From a bacterium (GTDB taxonomy: Bacteria; Ratteibacteria; UBA8468; B48-G9; JAFGKM01), in the NCBI GenBank assembly GCA_026414725.1, contig JAOAIL010000002.1, forward strand, positions 24,223 to 88,222: a stretch of 64,000 nt of DNA, given 5' to 3'. The position numbers and the translations under genes were made by a program. Shown here one piece after another: positions 52,731 to 62,285 of this stretch. Under the pieces are notes generated by a model. That model saw only the letters and a list, made by a program, of their open reading frames with translations. It ran no database searches and was not told where the DNA came from. Numbering within the stretch: the stretch's first letter is position 1; the number at the start of each line of letters is the position of its first letter.

Positions 52731-54237
52731 AACTTTACTTTATATAATACTCCTTGCAGGTCTCATTTTAAGATTTATTTATCTCTATTTATTCAAGGAT
52801 ACCGCTTACTTTAACCCTTTGCTTATGGACGGCTATGACCAGAAAACATTTATTTTATGGGCAAAACAGATTTTAAAACATCCATGGTATGTGAATGGTG
52901 CTCCTTTCTATATGGCTCCATTATATGCTTATTTTCTTGCTGCATATCATCTTTTATCATCGGGGAACCTTATAATAATATCCCTTATTCAACTTATTAT
53001 GGATGTTCTTCTCTGCTTTCTGTTGTACTATATAGGAAAGACACTTTATAATGAATGGGCAGGAATTATTGCCGCATTTTTAGTTGCATTTTATAGAACC
53101 TCTATTGTATACGCTTCTGCTATTCTAAGCGATGGATTAATATGTTTTTTATATATCCTGTTTATATTTCTCATCTACTATTCTCTACAAAAACCTTCTC
53201 TTACAAAATGGATTTTCACAGGCATGGTTTTAGGACTTGCAGCACTTTCAAAACCAACTATTGCCATCTTTCTTCCTTTTCTTCTTATAGGACTTTATCT
53301 ATACCCTGCAAAAAATTTTTTGCCACTGAAAATAAAAGCAAAATGGCAACCTTTATACATTTTCTCTTTAATTTTATTTATCTCTGCATTAGTAATAATT
53401 CCTGTTACTATAAGAAATTACTATGTAAGTGGTAAGTTTGTCCCGATATGTACAAATGGACCTATAAACTGGAAAATAGGCAACAGTGCTGATTCACTCG
53501 GACTTTTTCATTATCCTAAAGGAGAATTATTAAGTCCTTTATCCATTGCCTTCTGGAAACTTTTTTTCATCAAGATGGGACTCTTTTTTACAAGTTATGA
53601 ATGGCCTCAAAATCTTAATGTTTACATAATGGAGAAAATTATACCCGTATTAAAAATTGCTTTTGTAAAGTTTGGGTTTATTGTTCCTTTTGGCTTTACA
53701 GGACTGATTATCCTGTTCAGAAACTGGAAGAAAAATTTTATATTTATCACCTTTACCATCTCCAATGTTCTATGGGTAGTTCTTTTTTTTATAACGGATA
53801 GATACCGTCTTCCAGCAGTTAGTTGTTTTTCTATCTCTGCGGGATGTCTTATTGTCTGGTGTATTGAAAAACTGAAAGAGAAAAAACTTTTACAACCGGT
53901 TATTATTTGTCTGATTGCAGGTATATTTGCTTTTTTCTTCAACACAAAACCAGGTCCTTTAATTCCTGATGTATCATGGAAGGGATTTGCTAACTTAAGT
54001 ATTAAAAATATTCAGTATGACATCCAGCAAAACAATATATACAGTGCACATAAAAAAGCACTTCAATACTATAAATTACTTCCTTATGACTTCAGAGCAA
54101 GTTTTTTACTTGCAAATACATTCTTAATACGGGGAGATAAAGATACTGCTGTCTATCTTTTAAAACAGACACTGGAACTAAATCCTGATTTTACACCTGC
54201 AAAAGATATGCTAAATAATATATCTTCTACTTACTAA
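52693..54237 (+). CDS. GT-C glycosyltransferase of the ArnT/PMT (GT39/GT83) family with C-terminal TPR domain
   Basis: 514 aa. About 11 TM helices with an N-terminal DxY/loop region typical of ArnT/PMT_2. C-terminal ~90 aa TPR repeats (NNIYSAHKKALQYYKLL...LKQTLELNPDFTPAKDML). Confidence 0.7.
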   Translation: MSKKHQKSQNTYRTLLYIILLAGLILRFIYLYLFKDTAYFNPLLMDGYDQKTFILWAKQILKHPWYVNGAPFYMAPLYAYFLAAYHLLSSGNLIIISLIQLIMDVLLCFLLYYIGKTLYNEWAGIIAAFLVAFYRTSIVYASAILSDGLICFLYILFIFLIYYSLQKPSLTKWIFTGMVLGLAALSKPTIAIFLPFLLIGLYLYPAKNFLPLKIKAKWQPLYIFSLILFISALVIIPVTIRNYYVSGKFVPICTNGPINWKIGNSADSLGLFHYPKGELLSPLSIAFWKLFFIKMGLFFTSYEWPQNLNVYIMEKIIPVLKIAFVKFGFIVPFGFTGLIILFRNWKKNFIFITFTISNVLWVVLFFITDRYRLPAVSCFSISAGCLIVWCIEKLKEKKLLQPVIICLIAGIFAFFFNTKPGPLIPDVSWKGFANLSIKNIQYDIQQNNIYSAHKKALQYYKLLPYDFRASFLLANTFLIRGDKDTAVYLLKQTLELNPDFTPAKDMLNNISSTY

Positions 54238-54256
54238 GAGATTATCTTTATTATCT

Positions 54257-54300
54257 CCTCACTTTTCAGTTCTCTTTCAATGGAGAGAAACTATTCTTTT
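54257..54300 (+). terminator. two adjacent short hairpins (TTCTCT..AGAGAA and TCTCC-TCGT-GGAGA) after the GT-C gene
   Basis: Inverted repeats with short loops and flanking T-runs. No long U-tract. Confidence 0.25.
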
Positions 54301-54440
54301 ATCTTCCTCTCCTCGTGGAGAAAGAGAAAAGAAATCATTCCTATACATCCATATCCCTAATTTGACATAAGAAACAAAAAAATGTAAAGTAAAAAATGAA
54401 CTTTTACACCGTAATTTCTTAGATTTTGCAGGATATTAAA

Positions 54441-54830
54441 ATGAACAGATGGAAGGACTGGTACGAACAGGGAAAAAGGGATTTTGAAAAAGCAAAGGAA
54501 GACCTTAAAAATAAATACTATGAATGGGTATGTTTCACTTCACAACAATCAGCAGAAAAAATTGTTAAAAGCATAGGTATGAGGATTGGATTAACCTTAT
54601 GGGGACATTCAATAACAGAAATGTTAAACTTAATATCAGAAAAAATAGAAATATCCGAGAATATAAAAGATGCAGGAAAATTACTTGATTTATATTATAT
54701 CCCCCCAAGGTATCCAAATGGATTCCCATCAGGTAAACCATCTGATTATTTTACAGAAAAACAGGCAAAAGAGGCAATAGATGCGGCAGATAAAATCATT
54801 AAATTCTGTGAAATGCATATCAATAGATAG
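54441..54830 (+). CDS. HEPN domain protein (toxin partner of the adjacent nucleotidyltransferase)
   Basis: About 129 aa all-helical, with a HEPN (PF05168-like) pattern including a C-terminal R-x7-H. ATG at 54441 with GGA RBS preferred over the TTG at 54426. Overlaps the downstream MNT gene. Confidence 0.65.
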   Translation: MNRWKDWYEQGKRDFEKAKEDLKNKYYEWVCFTSQQSAEKIVKSIGMRIGLTLWGHSITEMLNLISEKIEISENIKDAGKLLDLYYIPPRYPNGFPSGKPSDYFTEKQAKEAIDAADKIIKFCEMHINR

Positions 54831-55125
54831 AGAGGCACTTTTAAAAAAATTGAGAACAATCGCCATAGAGGCAAAAAAACAATTTTCTGAAATAGAAGAT
54901 ATAAGAATATTTGGTTCTCTCGCCAAAAATCAAGAAACAGGAATAAGTGATATAGACCTTCTTGTAATTGCGCAAACAGAGAAAGTACATCCGATTGAAA
55001 GAGTGAAACCATATTTCTATTTTTTTTCAGAACGGATTGAAATTGGAATTGATTTACTCGTAGCAAAACCAGACGAGTTAGATAACTTTAAGGATATTCT
55101 TAAGGAAAGTTACTCCTTGTTATAA
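54781..55125 (+). CDS. minimal nucleotidyltransferase (MNT) domain protein, antitoxin-type
   Basis: FGSLAKNQETGISDIDLLV = GS-x9-13-DxD Pol-beta-type NTase signature. 114 aa. True start may be the internal GTG around 54808. Confidence 0.7.
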   Translation: MRQIKSLNSVKCISIDREALLKKLRTIAIEAKKQFSEIEDIRIFGSLAKNQETGISDIDLLVIAQTEKVHPIERVKPYFYFFSERIEIGIDLLVAKPDELDNFKDILKESYSLL

Positions 55126-55226
55126 ACAGAAAAATTTATAGTAAAAGTTTTTTGAACTGTGAGGTATATGATTAAAACCCGTCAGGACAAGACGGGCGAA
55201 TAAGCAAAAGAAAGATAAAAAACATA

Positions 55227-55700
55227 ATGGACATCACAGAAAAATTTATAGAAACCATAGGCAATTTAGGAGAAAGTATAGGACTTAATAGAACTGTCTG
55301 TCAGATATATGCACTTCTTTATATAGAACCTGAACCACTCTCACCAATTGAGATAAGTAGAAAATTAGGTGTAAGCAAAGCCAATATAAGTATAAATCTT
55401 AAAACATTAGAGGACTGGAATGCAGTGAAAAAAATATGGCGGAAAGGTTATGCAAGAAGTTTATACACAGCCAATGAAGATATAGAGGGTATTATCTTTG
55501 AAAAACTGAAAACAGGACTTACAAAAAGGAACCGTCTTCTTACGGAAACAATAGCAGAGATAAAAAAAGCAGTTAAAACATCTGATAAAAAACTTAACAA
55601 ACACTATTCTACCCGGCTCTCAAAAGTTGAAGGCCTATTAAAAAAATCAGAACTCTTTACTAAAAATATGGACATCTTAAGGTCTTTTCTGAAAAAATAA
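55227..55700 (+). CDS. winged-helix transcriptional regulator (GbsR/MarR-like)
   Basis: 157 aa. wHTH core (VCQIYALLYIEPEPLSPIEISRKLGVSKANISINLKTLED), C-terminal coiled coil. Confidence 0.5.
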   Translation: MDITEKFIETIGNLGESIGLNRTVCQIYALLYIEPEPLSPIEISRKLGVSKANISINLKTLEDWNAVKKIWRKGYARSLYTANEDIEGIIFEKLKTGLTKRNRLLTETIAEIKKAVKTSDKKLNKHYSTRLSKVEGLLKKSELFTKNMDILRSFLKK

Positions 55701-55751
55701 TCCTGTCCCCCCTTGACAAATTAGTTTAAATAGTTTAAAATAATTTAAACA

Positions 55752-56579
55752 ATGGATAAAGAACAGATAATTAGAATACGAGCAGATAGCAAATTTGGCT
55801 GGGAAACATTAAAAGAAATCTGGCAATACAGGGAATTACTTCTATTTCTTATATGGAAAGATATAAAAGTGAAGTACAAACAGACATCCATAGGTATTGC
55901 ATGGGCAATTATTCAACCATTTTCTATAATGATTATATTTGCTATATTTTTTGGCAAATTTGCAAAAATCCCTTCAGATAATATTCCATATCCAATCTTT
56001 GCTTATAGTGCTTTGGTCCCATGGTCATATTTTTCTAACAGTTTAATAAATGCAACTAACAGTATTGTTGAATATCAAAGGGTAATAACAAAAGTATACT
56101 TCCCCCGTATTTTATTACCCCTGTCATCAGTTCTTCATAATCTTCTTGACTTCATTATTGCATTTATAATACTGGTAGGTATGATGATATTTTATAGGAT
56201 TGTACCTTCTTTTAAAATTTTCTATGCTGGATTCTTCCTTCTACTTGCAATTATAACAGCAACAGGTGTAGGGTTGTGGTTATCTGCCCTAAATGTGAAA
56301 TATCGTGATGTTCGTTATGCAATGAATTTCCTTGTACAATTATGGCTCTTTGCTACTCCTATTGCCTATCCATCTTCTGTTGTTCCTGAACAATGGAAAG
56401 CACTTTATGGACTGAATCCAATGGTAGGTGTAATAGAGGGTTTCAGATGGACATTATTGGGAAGTATAAAACCTGATATGAAGATGCTATCTGTTTCTAC
56501 TGGAATTGTTATGCTTATTCTACTTTTAGGTATGCTATATTTCAAAAAGACCGAAGATACATTTGCTGATATTGTATAA
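55752..56579 (+). CDS. wzm: ABC-2 type polysaccharide/O-antigen exporter permease (Wzm/KpsM/TagG)
   Basis: 275 aa. Six TM helices, ABC-2 signature region (LWKDIKVKYKQTSIGIAWAIIQP). Confidence 0.8.
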   Translation: MDKEQIIRIRADSKFGWETLKEIWQYRELLLFLIWKDIKVKYKQTSIGIAWAIIQPFSIMIIFAIFFGKFAKIPSDNIPYPIFAYSALVPWSYFSNSLINATNSIVEYQRVITKVYFPRILLPLSSVLHNLLDFIIAFIILVGMMIFYRIVPSFKIFYAGFFLLLAIITATGVGLWLSALNVKYRDVRYAMNFLVQLWLFATPIAYPSSVVPEQWKALYGLNPMVGVIEGFRWTLLGSIKPDMKMLSVSTGIVMLILLLGMLYFKKTEDTFADIV

Positions 56580-56585
56580 AGAAAA

Positions 56586-57851
56586 ATGGATAGAGAGATT
56601 GCAATTAAGATAGAAAACTTGAGTAAAAGATATAGAATAGGGGAACAATTGCCTTACCGAACACTGAGAGATGAAATAGTAAAGTTTATCTCTACCCCTT
56701 TCAAAAAAACTTTTAAAAGAGAAGGAGAAATTAACTATATCTGGGCATTGAAAAATGTATCACTGGAAATAATGAAGGGAGAGGTTATAGGTATAATAGG
56801 AAGAAATGGAGCAGGGAAGACCACCCTTTTAAAAATTCTATCCAGAATAACAAAACCTACATATGGCTATGTTGAAATTAGAGGCAGGGTTGGTTCACTC
56901 CTGGAAGTAGGGACTGGTTTCCATCCTGAATTAACAGGGAGAGAAAATATCTATCTAAATGCTGCTATATTAGGTATGAGGAAAAAAGAAATAGACAGAA
57001 AATTTGATGATATTGTTTCATTTGCAGAAATAGGCAAGTTTCTTGATACTCCTGTTAAAAGATACAGTGCAGGTATGTATGTCCGACTTGCCTTTTCAGT
57101 TGCTGCTTATCTTGAACCAGAAATTCTACTTGTGGATGAGGTCTTAGCAGTAGGGGATATTGCCTTTCAGAGAAAATGTCTCGGTAAAATGGGTGAGGTA
57201 GCAAAAGAAGGAAGAACCGTCCTTTTTGTAAGTCATAATATGTCTGCTGTAAGGGGATTGTGTAATAAAGTTATGTGGATTGAAAAAGGGGAGATAAAGA
57301 AAACAGGAAATAGTGATGAAATTACAAGAGAATATGAAGAGGCATTTATCCAGAAATATGGAGGTATTTCCTCTTTAAGGATAAGAGATAAAGAAGAAAT
57401 AAGAAACAAGAAATTCTACTTTGTTAAAACCGAATTATTTGATGAAGAAGGAAATCCGAGGATAGGATTTAAATACAATGAAAAAATCATTTTATCTGTT
57501 CATCTTGAAGGTGAAATTGAAGAAAAATACCATATTGTATTCAGGATATATGACAAAAATGGAATAATGATATTTTCTGGTGCTTCCGCAGAATTACATA
57601 ATAAATATTTTGAGACGGAAGTAATGAACCTAAGAATAGAAATAGGACCGACAAACCTGACAATTGGGAACTATAGAATAGAACTTGTTTTAAGAAAAGG
57701 TAGAATTCAAAGTGGAGATAGGGACGAGATTGATATATGGGAAGATGCAATGAACTTTGAAATAACGGACTGCAGACCATTTGAAACGAACTGGGAACTA
57801 CAGAATCCCAGAGATGGGATTTATATAATACCTAATAGATTTTTTGACTGA
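56586..57851 (+). CDS. wzt: ABC exporter ATP-binding protein Wzt/TagH-like with C-terminal substrate-binding-type domain
   Basis: 421 aa. Walker A GRNGAGKTT, signature YSAGMYVRLAF, Walker B LLVDEVLAVGD. About 170-aa C-terminal beta-rich extension as in Wzt. Confidence 0.85.
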   Translation: MDREIAIKIENLSKRYRIGEQLPYRTLRDEIVKFISTPFKKTFKREGEINYIWALKNVSLEIMKGEVIGIIGRNGAGKTTLLKILSRITKPTYGYVEIRGRVGSLLEVGTGFHPELTGRENIYLNAAILGMRKKEIDRKFDDIVSFAEIGKFLDTPVKRYSAGMYVRLAFSVAAYLEPEILLVDEVLAVGDIAFQRKCLGKMGEVAKEGRTVLFVSHNMSAVRGLCNKVMWIEKGEIKKTGNSDEITREYEEAFIQKYGGISSLRIRDKEEIRNKKFYFVKTELFDEEGNPRIGFKYNEKIILSVHLEGEIEEKYHIVFRIYDKNGIMIFSGASAELHNKYFETEVMNLRIEIGPTNLTIGNYRIELVLRKGRIQSGDRDEIDIWEDAMNFEITDCRPFETNWELQNPRDGIYIIPNRFFD

Positions 57852-57976
57852 GAAAAAATACTATGAAAATTTTATTTATAAATCCTCAACAATATGTAAA
57901 TTGGAAAGAATAAACCATCAACTGATGAAATATCTTTTGACATTTAATATGAAAGATAAACACTACTCAAAGAACA

Positions 57977-59512
57977 ATGAAAATCATATATAGAAACTAT
58001 AATCTGAAAAACCCGGAAGTGAGTATTATTCTCATTGATTGGTCTGTGAGACATAGTTTTCATATTCTGGATTATTTGAATCAACAAACTGTTCCGAGGG
58101 ATAGATATGAAATTATATGGATTGAGTATTATAGCAGAATCCCCGAAGAACTTATGGATAAACTCAATAATTCATTAAAAAAAGGAATACCTGTTCTTGA
58201 CCAGTGGATAGTAATGGAAACCCCGGAGGACTTCTGCCATCATAAACACAGAATGTTTAATTTAGGTATTGTTGTGAGCAGAGGAAAGATTATAGTTATT
58301 CCTGACAGCGATGCGATGGTAAGAAGCACTTTTATAGAGTCAATAATCAAGACATTTAATGAAAATGACAATATTGTTTTACATATAGATGAGATAAGGA
58401 ACAAGAAAAGGAAATTTTATCCATTTAACTATCCTTCTATTGATGAAATTACTTCTGAAGGAATGGTATTCCGCTGGGATGGTAAAACACCTGTATCTGA
58501 ATTATCTGACCCTATACATCTTCTCAATTATGGCGCCTGCCTGTGTGCAAAAAGAGATGACTTAATAGATATAGGTGGTGCTGATGAACATATTGATTAT
58601 TTAGGGCATGTATGTGGTGTATATGATATGACATTCCGTCTGAAAAACGCTGGCAAAAGAGAAATCTGGCATACAGAAGAATTTCTATACCACACCTGGC
58701 ATCCGGGACAGGGAGGCAGTAAAATAGACCATAGAGGACCTAATGATGGTCTAGAAATGTCAACAACAGCACTTTCTTCTATTTTTAATGGAAGGATTTT
58801 AGCCCTTGTAGAAAATCCTGCAATAAAATTACTCAGAACAGGTATAACAACGAATACAGACAATTTATTAGCAGAATTTAAACCAGCAGAAGAATGGCGA
58901 GCTGACAATATCAAAAAAACACCTTCGTTTAATAGTTTTTTAAAGAAATACCAGGATTGCTATTTTAAGATAAATACTCTGTTCTGGAAATTTCTCTTTA
59001 TAAACTCCTTCATGCCAGCAATAAAATCTCTTCCGAGAAAAATTCAAGGCGAAATAAACAAGAATAGAAAACAAATTTTGGCTGAAAGTAATTTGAATAA
59101 AAAAAGTATTTACCCTGTTGTTCCTTTAATAAAAAAGTTATATAAAGCACCTCAATGGTTTTATTTTTTTCTTCTACGTTTTTTTTATTCCTATAACAAA
59201 AATATATTAGAAAACTGCCTTAGTTTATTTTATAATAATCTTAAAGAAGAGACAGCAGTAGTTGTGGTAGGGAACAAGGACTTAAAGAAAATTATTAAAT
59301 ATATTGCTAAAAAATTCAAAATAAATATAAGAGAGATAGATAAATGTGAAACCTTTAATGGAAAGACAATCATTGCAATAACACCTGAAGTAGAAGTGGG
59401 AAGTTTTGATATCCCTACAGTAAACTGGAAAAGATACGAAAGGGAAGTAAGAAAAGAGATTAGCAAATTAATGAACTATGGAGTAAAAAAAGAGAACATT
59501 TTAATTTTATGA
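57977..59512 (+). CDS. GT-A (family 2-like) glycosyltransferase with ~260-aa C-terminal domain of unknown function
   Basis: 511 aa. N-terminal SIILIDW...DSD motif region (GT-A, DxD). C-terminal half has no recognisable motif. Confidence 0.55.
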   Translation: MKIIYRNYNLKNPEVSIILIDWSVRHSFHILDYLNQQTVPRDRYEIIWIEYYSRIPEELMDKLNNSLKKGIPVLDQWIVMETPEDFCHHKHRMFNLGIVVSRGKIIVIPDSDAMVRSTFIESIIKTFNENDNIVLHIDEIRNKKRKFYPFNYPSIDEITSEGMVFRWDGKTPVSELSDPIHLLNYGACLCAKRDDLIDIGGADEHIDYLGHVCGVYDMTFRLKNAGKREIWHTEEFLYHTWHPGQGGSKIDHRGPNDGLEMSTTALSSIFNGRILALVENPAIKLLRTGITTNTDNLLAEFKPAEEWRADNIKKTPSFNSFLKKYQDCYFKINTLFWKFLFINSFMPAIKSLPRKIQGEINKNRKQILAESNLNKKSIYPVVPLIKKLYKAPQWFYFFLLRFFYSYNKNILENCLSLFYNNLKEETAVVVVGNKDLKKIIKYIAKKFKINIREIDKCETFNGKTIIAITPEVEVGSFDIPTVNWKRYEREVRKEISKLMNYGVKKENILIL

Positions 59513-59521
59513 GAGGATATA

Positions 59522-60502
59522 ATGGTTATAAGCAGAACTCCTTTTAGAATATCTTTCTTCGGTGGAGGAACTGATTATCCTGCATGGTACCGTAATAATA
59601 AAGGGTCTGTACTTTCTACTACAATAGATAAATATTGCTATATAAGTTGTAGATATCTTCCTCCATTTTTTGAACACAAACATAGGGTTGTATATTCTTT
59701 AATAGAAAATGTTAAATCTATTGGTGAGATTAAACATCCTGCTGTAAAGGCAGTATTAGAGTACATGAAAATAGATGAAGGGGTTGAGATACACCATGAT
59801 GGTGACCTACCTGCCAGAACAGGACTGGGTTCAAGTTCATCTTTTACAGTTGGACTTCTGAATGCTCTTTATGCATTAAAAGGGACTATGGCATCCAAAG
59901 AAAAATTAGCAAAAGAAGCGATATATATTGAACAGGAGATACTGAAAGAAAATGTTGGCTCGCAGGACCAGGTTGCAGTAGCATTTGGAGGCCTTAATAA
60001 AATATCTTTCCATCCAGACGATAGTTTCACAGTAGAACCAATTATTCTTCCATCAGAAAGAAAAGAAGAACTTCAAAGACACTTACTACTCTATTTTACA
60101 GGATTCTCAAGAATTGCATCAGAAATTGCAGCAGAACAGATTTCTTGTATTGACAAAAAGAAATATGAATTAAGAATAATTCAACAGATGGTTGATGAGG
60201 CAATAAACATACTCGCTGGTGGAAAAGATATAAAAGAATTTGGGAAATTGCTTGATGAGACATGGAAGTTAAAAAGAGAACTAACCAAAAGAATATCTAA
60301 TGAATATATTGACAATATATATGAAAAAGCAAGGGAATCAGGAGTAATAGGAGGCAAACTATTAGGAGCAGGTGGAGGTGGATTTATGCTATTTTTTGCT
60401 CCTCCAGAATTACACCAAAGAATAAAAGAAGAGATAGGTGGACTTTTTGTTCCATTTAGGTTTGAAAATTATGGCAGTCAAATAATTGTATATCAAGAGT
60501 GA
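59522..60502 (+). CDS. GHMP-family sugar kinase (HddA / GlcNAc-kinase-like)
   Basis: 326 aa. ATP-binding PARTGLGSSSS GHMP motif and a C-terminal GHMP_C region. Confidence 0.7.
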   Translation: MVISRTPFRISFFGGGTDYPAWYRNNKGSVLSTTIDKYCYISCRYLPPFFEHKHRVVYSLIENVKSIGEIKHPAVKAVLEYMKIDEGVEIHHDGDLPARTGLGSSSSFTVGLLNALYALKGTMASKEKLAKEAIYIEQEILKENVGSQDQVAVAFGGLNKISFHPDDSFTVEPIILPSERKEELQRHLLLYFTGFSRIASEIAAEQISCIDKKKYELRIIQQMVDEAINILAGGKDIKEFGKLLDETWKLKRELTKRISNEYIDNIYEKARESGVIGGKLLGAGGGGFMLFFAPPELHQRIKEEIGGLFVPFRFENYGSQIIVYQE

Positions 60503-60514
60503 TAAGGAGATAAA

Positions 60515-61348
60515 ATGCATGATATAAAAAAGTTAGAAATAAAAGCATGTGAAATGAGAAAAAAAGTGCTTGATATGTGTATTAAAGCAGGGACAGGCCA
60601 TGTAACCTCTTCTTTTTCCTGTGTGGAAATTCTTGTTGCTTTGTATCACGGGAAAATTCTTAATTACAAACCAGATGAACCTGAATGGGAAAAAAGAGAT
60701 AGATTTATTTTAAGCAAAGGACAGGCGAGCCCTATTTTATATGCTGTTTTAGCTGATACAGGATTTTTCCCGATAGAATGGCTAGATAATTTTTGTAAGG
60801 CAGATGGAAAATTCGGAGTACATTTACAGCATGATATCCCAGGAGTAGAAATTACAGCAGGTTCTCTTGGACAGGGCTTTGGAATAGGAGTAGGCATGGC
60901 ATTAGCAGCCAAACAGGATAAGAAAGACCATATGATATTTACACTACTTGGAGATGGAGAGTGTTATGAAGGCTCTATCTGGGAATCTGCTATGTTTGCA
61001 AGTCATCATAAGTTAGACAATTTAGTTGCCATAGTTGACAGAAATGGACTATGTGTTATGGACTTCACAGAAAAAATCGTGAAATTAGAACCACTGGATA
61101 AAAGATGGGCATCTTTTGGATGGGATACTGCTGTAATTGATGGCCATTCATTTAAAGAGCTTTTTTCCGTTCTTTCAAAAGTTCATAAACGGGCAAATAA
61201 AACCCAAAAACCACTGGTTATTATAGCCAATACAATAAAAGGAAAAGGTGTTTGTTTTATGGAAAACAAACCGTTATGGCATGGTGTAGCACCGAAAGGT
61301 AAAGAAGCAGAATTAGCAATATGTGAATTACTAAAAAAAGGAACTTAA
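60515..61348 (+). CDS. transketolase, N-terminal (TPP-binding) subunit of a split transketolase
   Basis: 277 aa. GHVTSSFSCVEIL and GDGE TPP motifs. Confidence 0.85.
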   Translation: MHDIKKLEIKACEMRKKVLDMCIKAGTGHVTSSFSCVEILVALYHGKILNYKPDEPEWEKRDRFILSKGQASPILYAVLADTGFFPIEWLDNFCKADGKFGVHLQHDIPGVEITAGSLGQGFGIGVGMALAAKQDKKDHMIFTLLGDGECYEGSIWESAMFASHHKLDNLVAIVDRNGLCVMDFTEKIVKLEPLDKRWASFGWDTAVIDGHSFKELFSVLSKVHKRANKTQKPLVIIANTIKGKGVCFMENKPLWHGVAPKGKEAELAICELLKKGT

Positions 61349-61349
61349 A

Positions 61350-62285
61350 ATGAATAAAATATCAATGCGAGATGCTTTTTTTGGTAGATTATATGAACTT
61401 GCAATAAAAGATAAAAATATAATGGTAATAAGTGCGGATATGGGAGCACCCGCCCTTGATAAATTCAGAAATAATCTGAAGGAACAGTTTATAAATGTTG
61501 GCATCGCTGAACAAAATATGGTTACCTTAGCAACAGGGCTTGCTTTAAGTGGGAAGAAAACATTTATTTATGCCATTATGCCCTTTGTTACCGCAAGATG
61601 TTATGAAATAACCAGAATATGTATAAGCCTCATGAATGTTCCTGTAGTTGCCGTAGGAGTAGGAGCAGGTTTTAGTTATCACGACTCAGGTCCCACTCAT
61701 CATTCTACTGAAGATATAACAATTATGCGGGCACTACCCAATATGGTAGTTTTTAACTCTACAGATAGTATAATGGCAGGTAAATTGGCTGATATTTCCT
61801 ATCATTTATCTTCCCCGTGCTATATCCGACTGGACAGAGAACTTTTACCTGATATCTATACTAAAAATGAAAATTTTTCTGATGGATTAACCGTCTTTAA
61901 ACAAAGTAAAAATATTTACATCATAGCAACGGGAAATATGGTTCACAGAGCCATGGATGTCTCTGAAGAACTTAAAAAACATAACATCTCTGCTGGTGTA
62001 ATTGACCTGTATAGAATAAAACCTCTAAATGAAAAATTGTTATCTTCTATAGTTAAAAATATAAAAGGGATTGTTACCCTTGAAGAACATTTTCTCGCCG
62101 GTGGTATAGGAAGTTTGGTCGCTGAATTTCTCGCTGACAATAACATAAAACTACCACTTAAAAGGATAGGGATAAATGATAGATATTACTATGTGTATGG
62201 TGGAAGGGAGAATATTCAAAAGATATGTGGACTGGATATAAAGACCATTGTAAAGGAAATTCTTAAATGGATACAAAAAATCTGA
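61350..62285 (+). CDS. transketolase, C-terminal (pyrimidine-binding) subunit of a split transketolase
   Basis: 311 aa. NVGIAEQNMV motif. Starts 2 nt after the N-subunit stop. Confidence 0.85.
   Translation: MNKISMRDAFFGRLYELAIKDKNIMVISADMGAPALDKFRNNLKEQFINVGIAEQNMVTLATGLALSGKKTFIYAIMPFVTARCYEITRICISLMNVPVVAVGVGAGFSYHDSGPTHHSTEDITIMRALPNMVVFNSTDSIMAGKLADISYHLSSPCYIRLDRELLPDIYTKNENFSDGLTVFKQSKNIYIIATGNMVHRAMDVSEELKKHNISAGVIDLYRIKPLNEKLLSSIVKNIKGIVTLEEHFLAGGIGSLVAEFLADNNIKLPLKRIGINDRYYYVYGGRENIQKICGLDIKTIVKEILKWIQKI

Noticed and set aside
54426-54440. TTG start for the HEPN gene used by the ORF track
   Set aside because: An ATG at 54441 with a GGA-containing RBS 7 nt upstream is a better initiation site.
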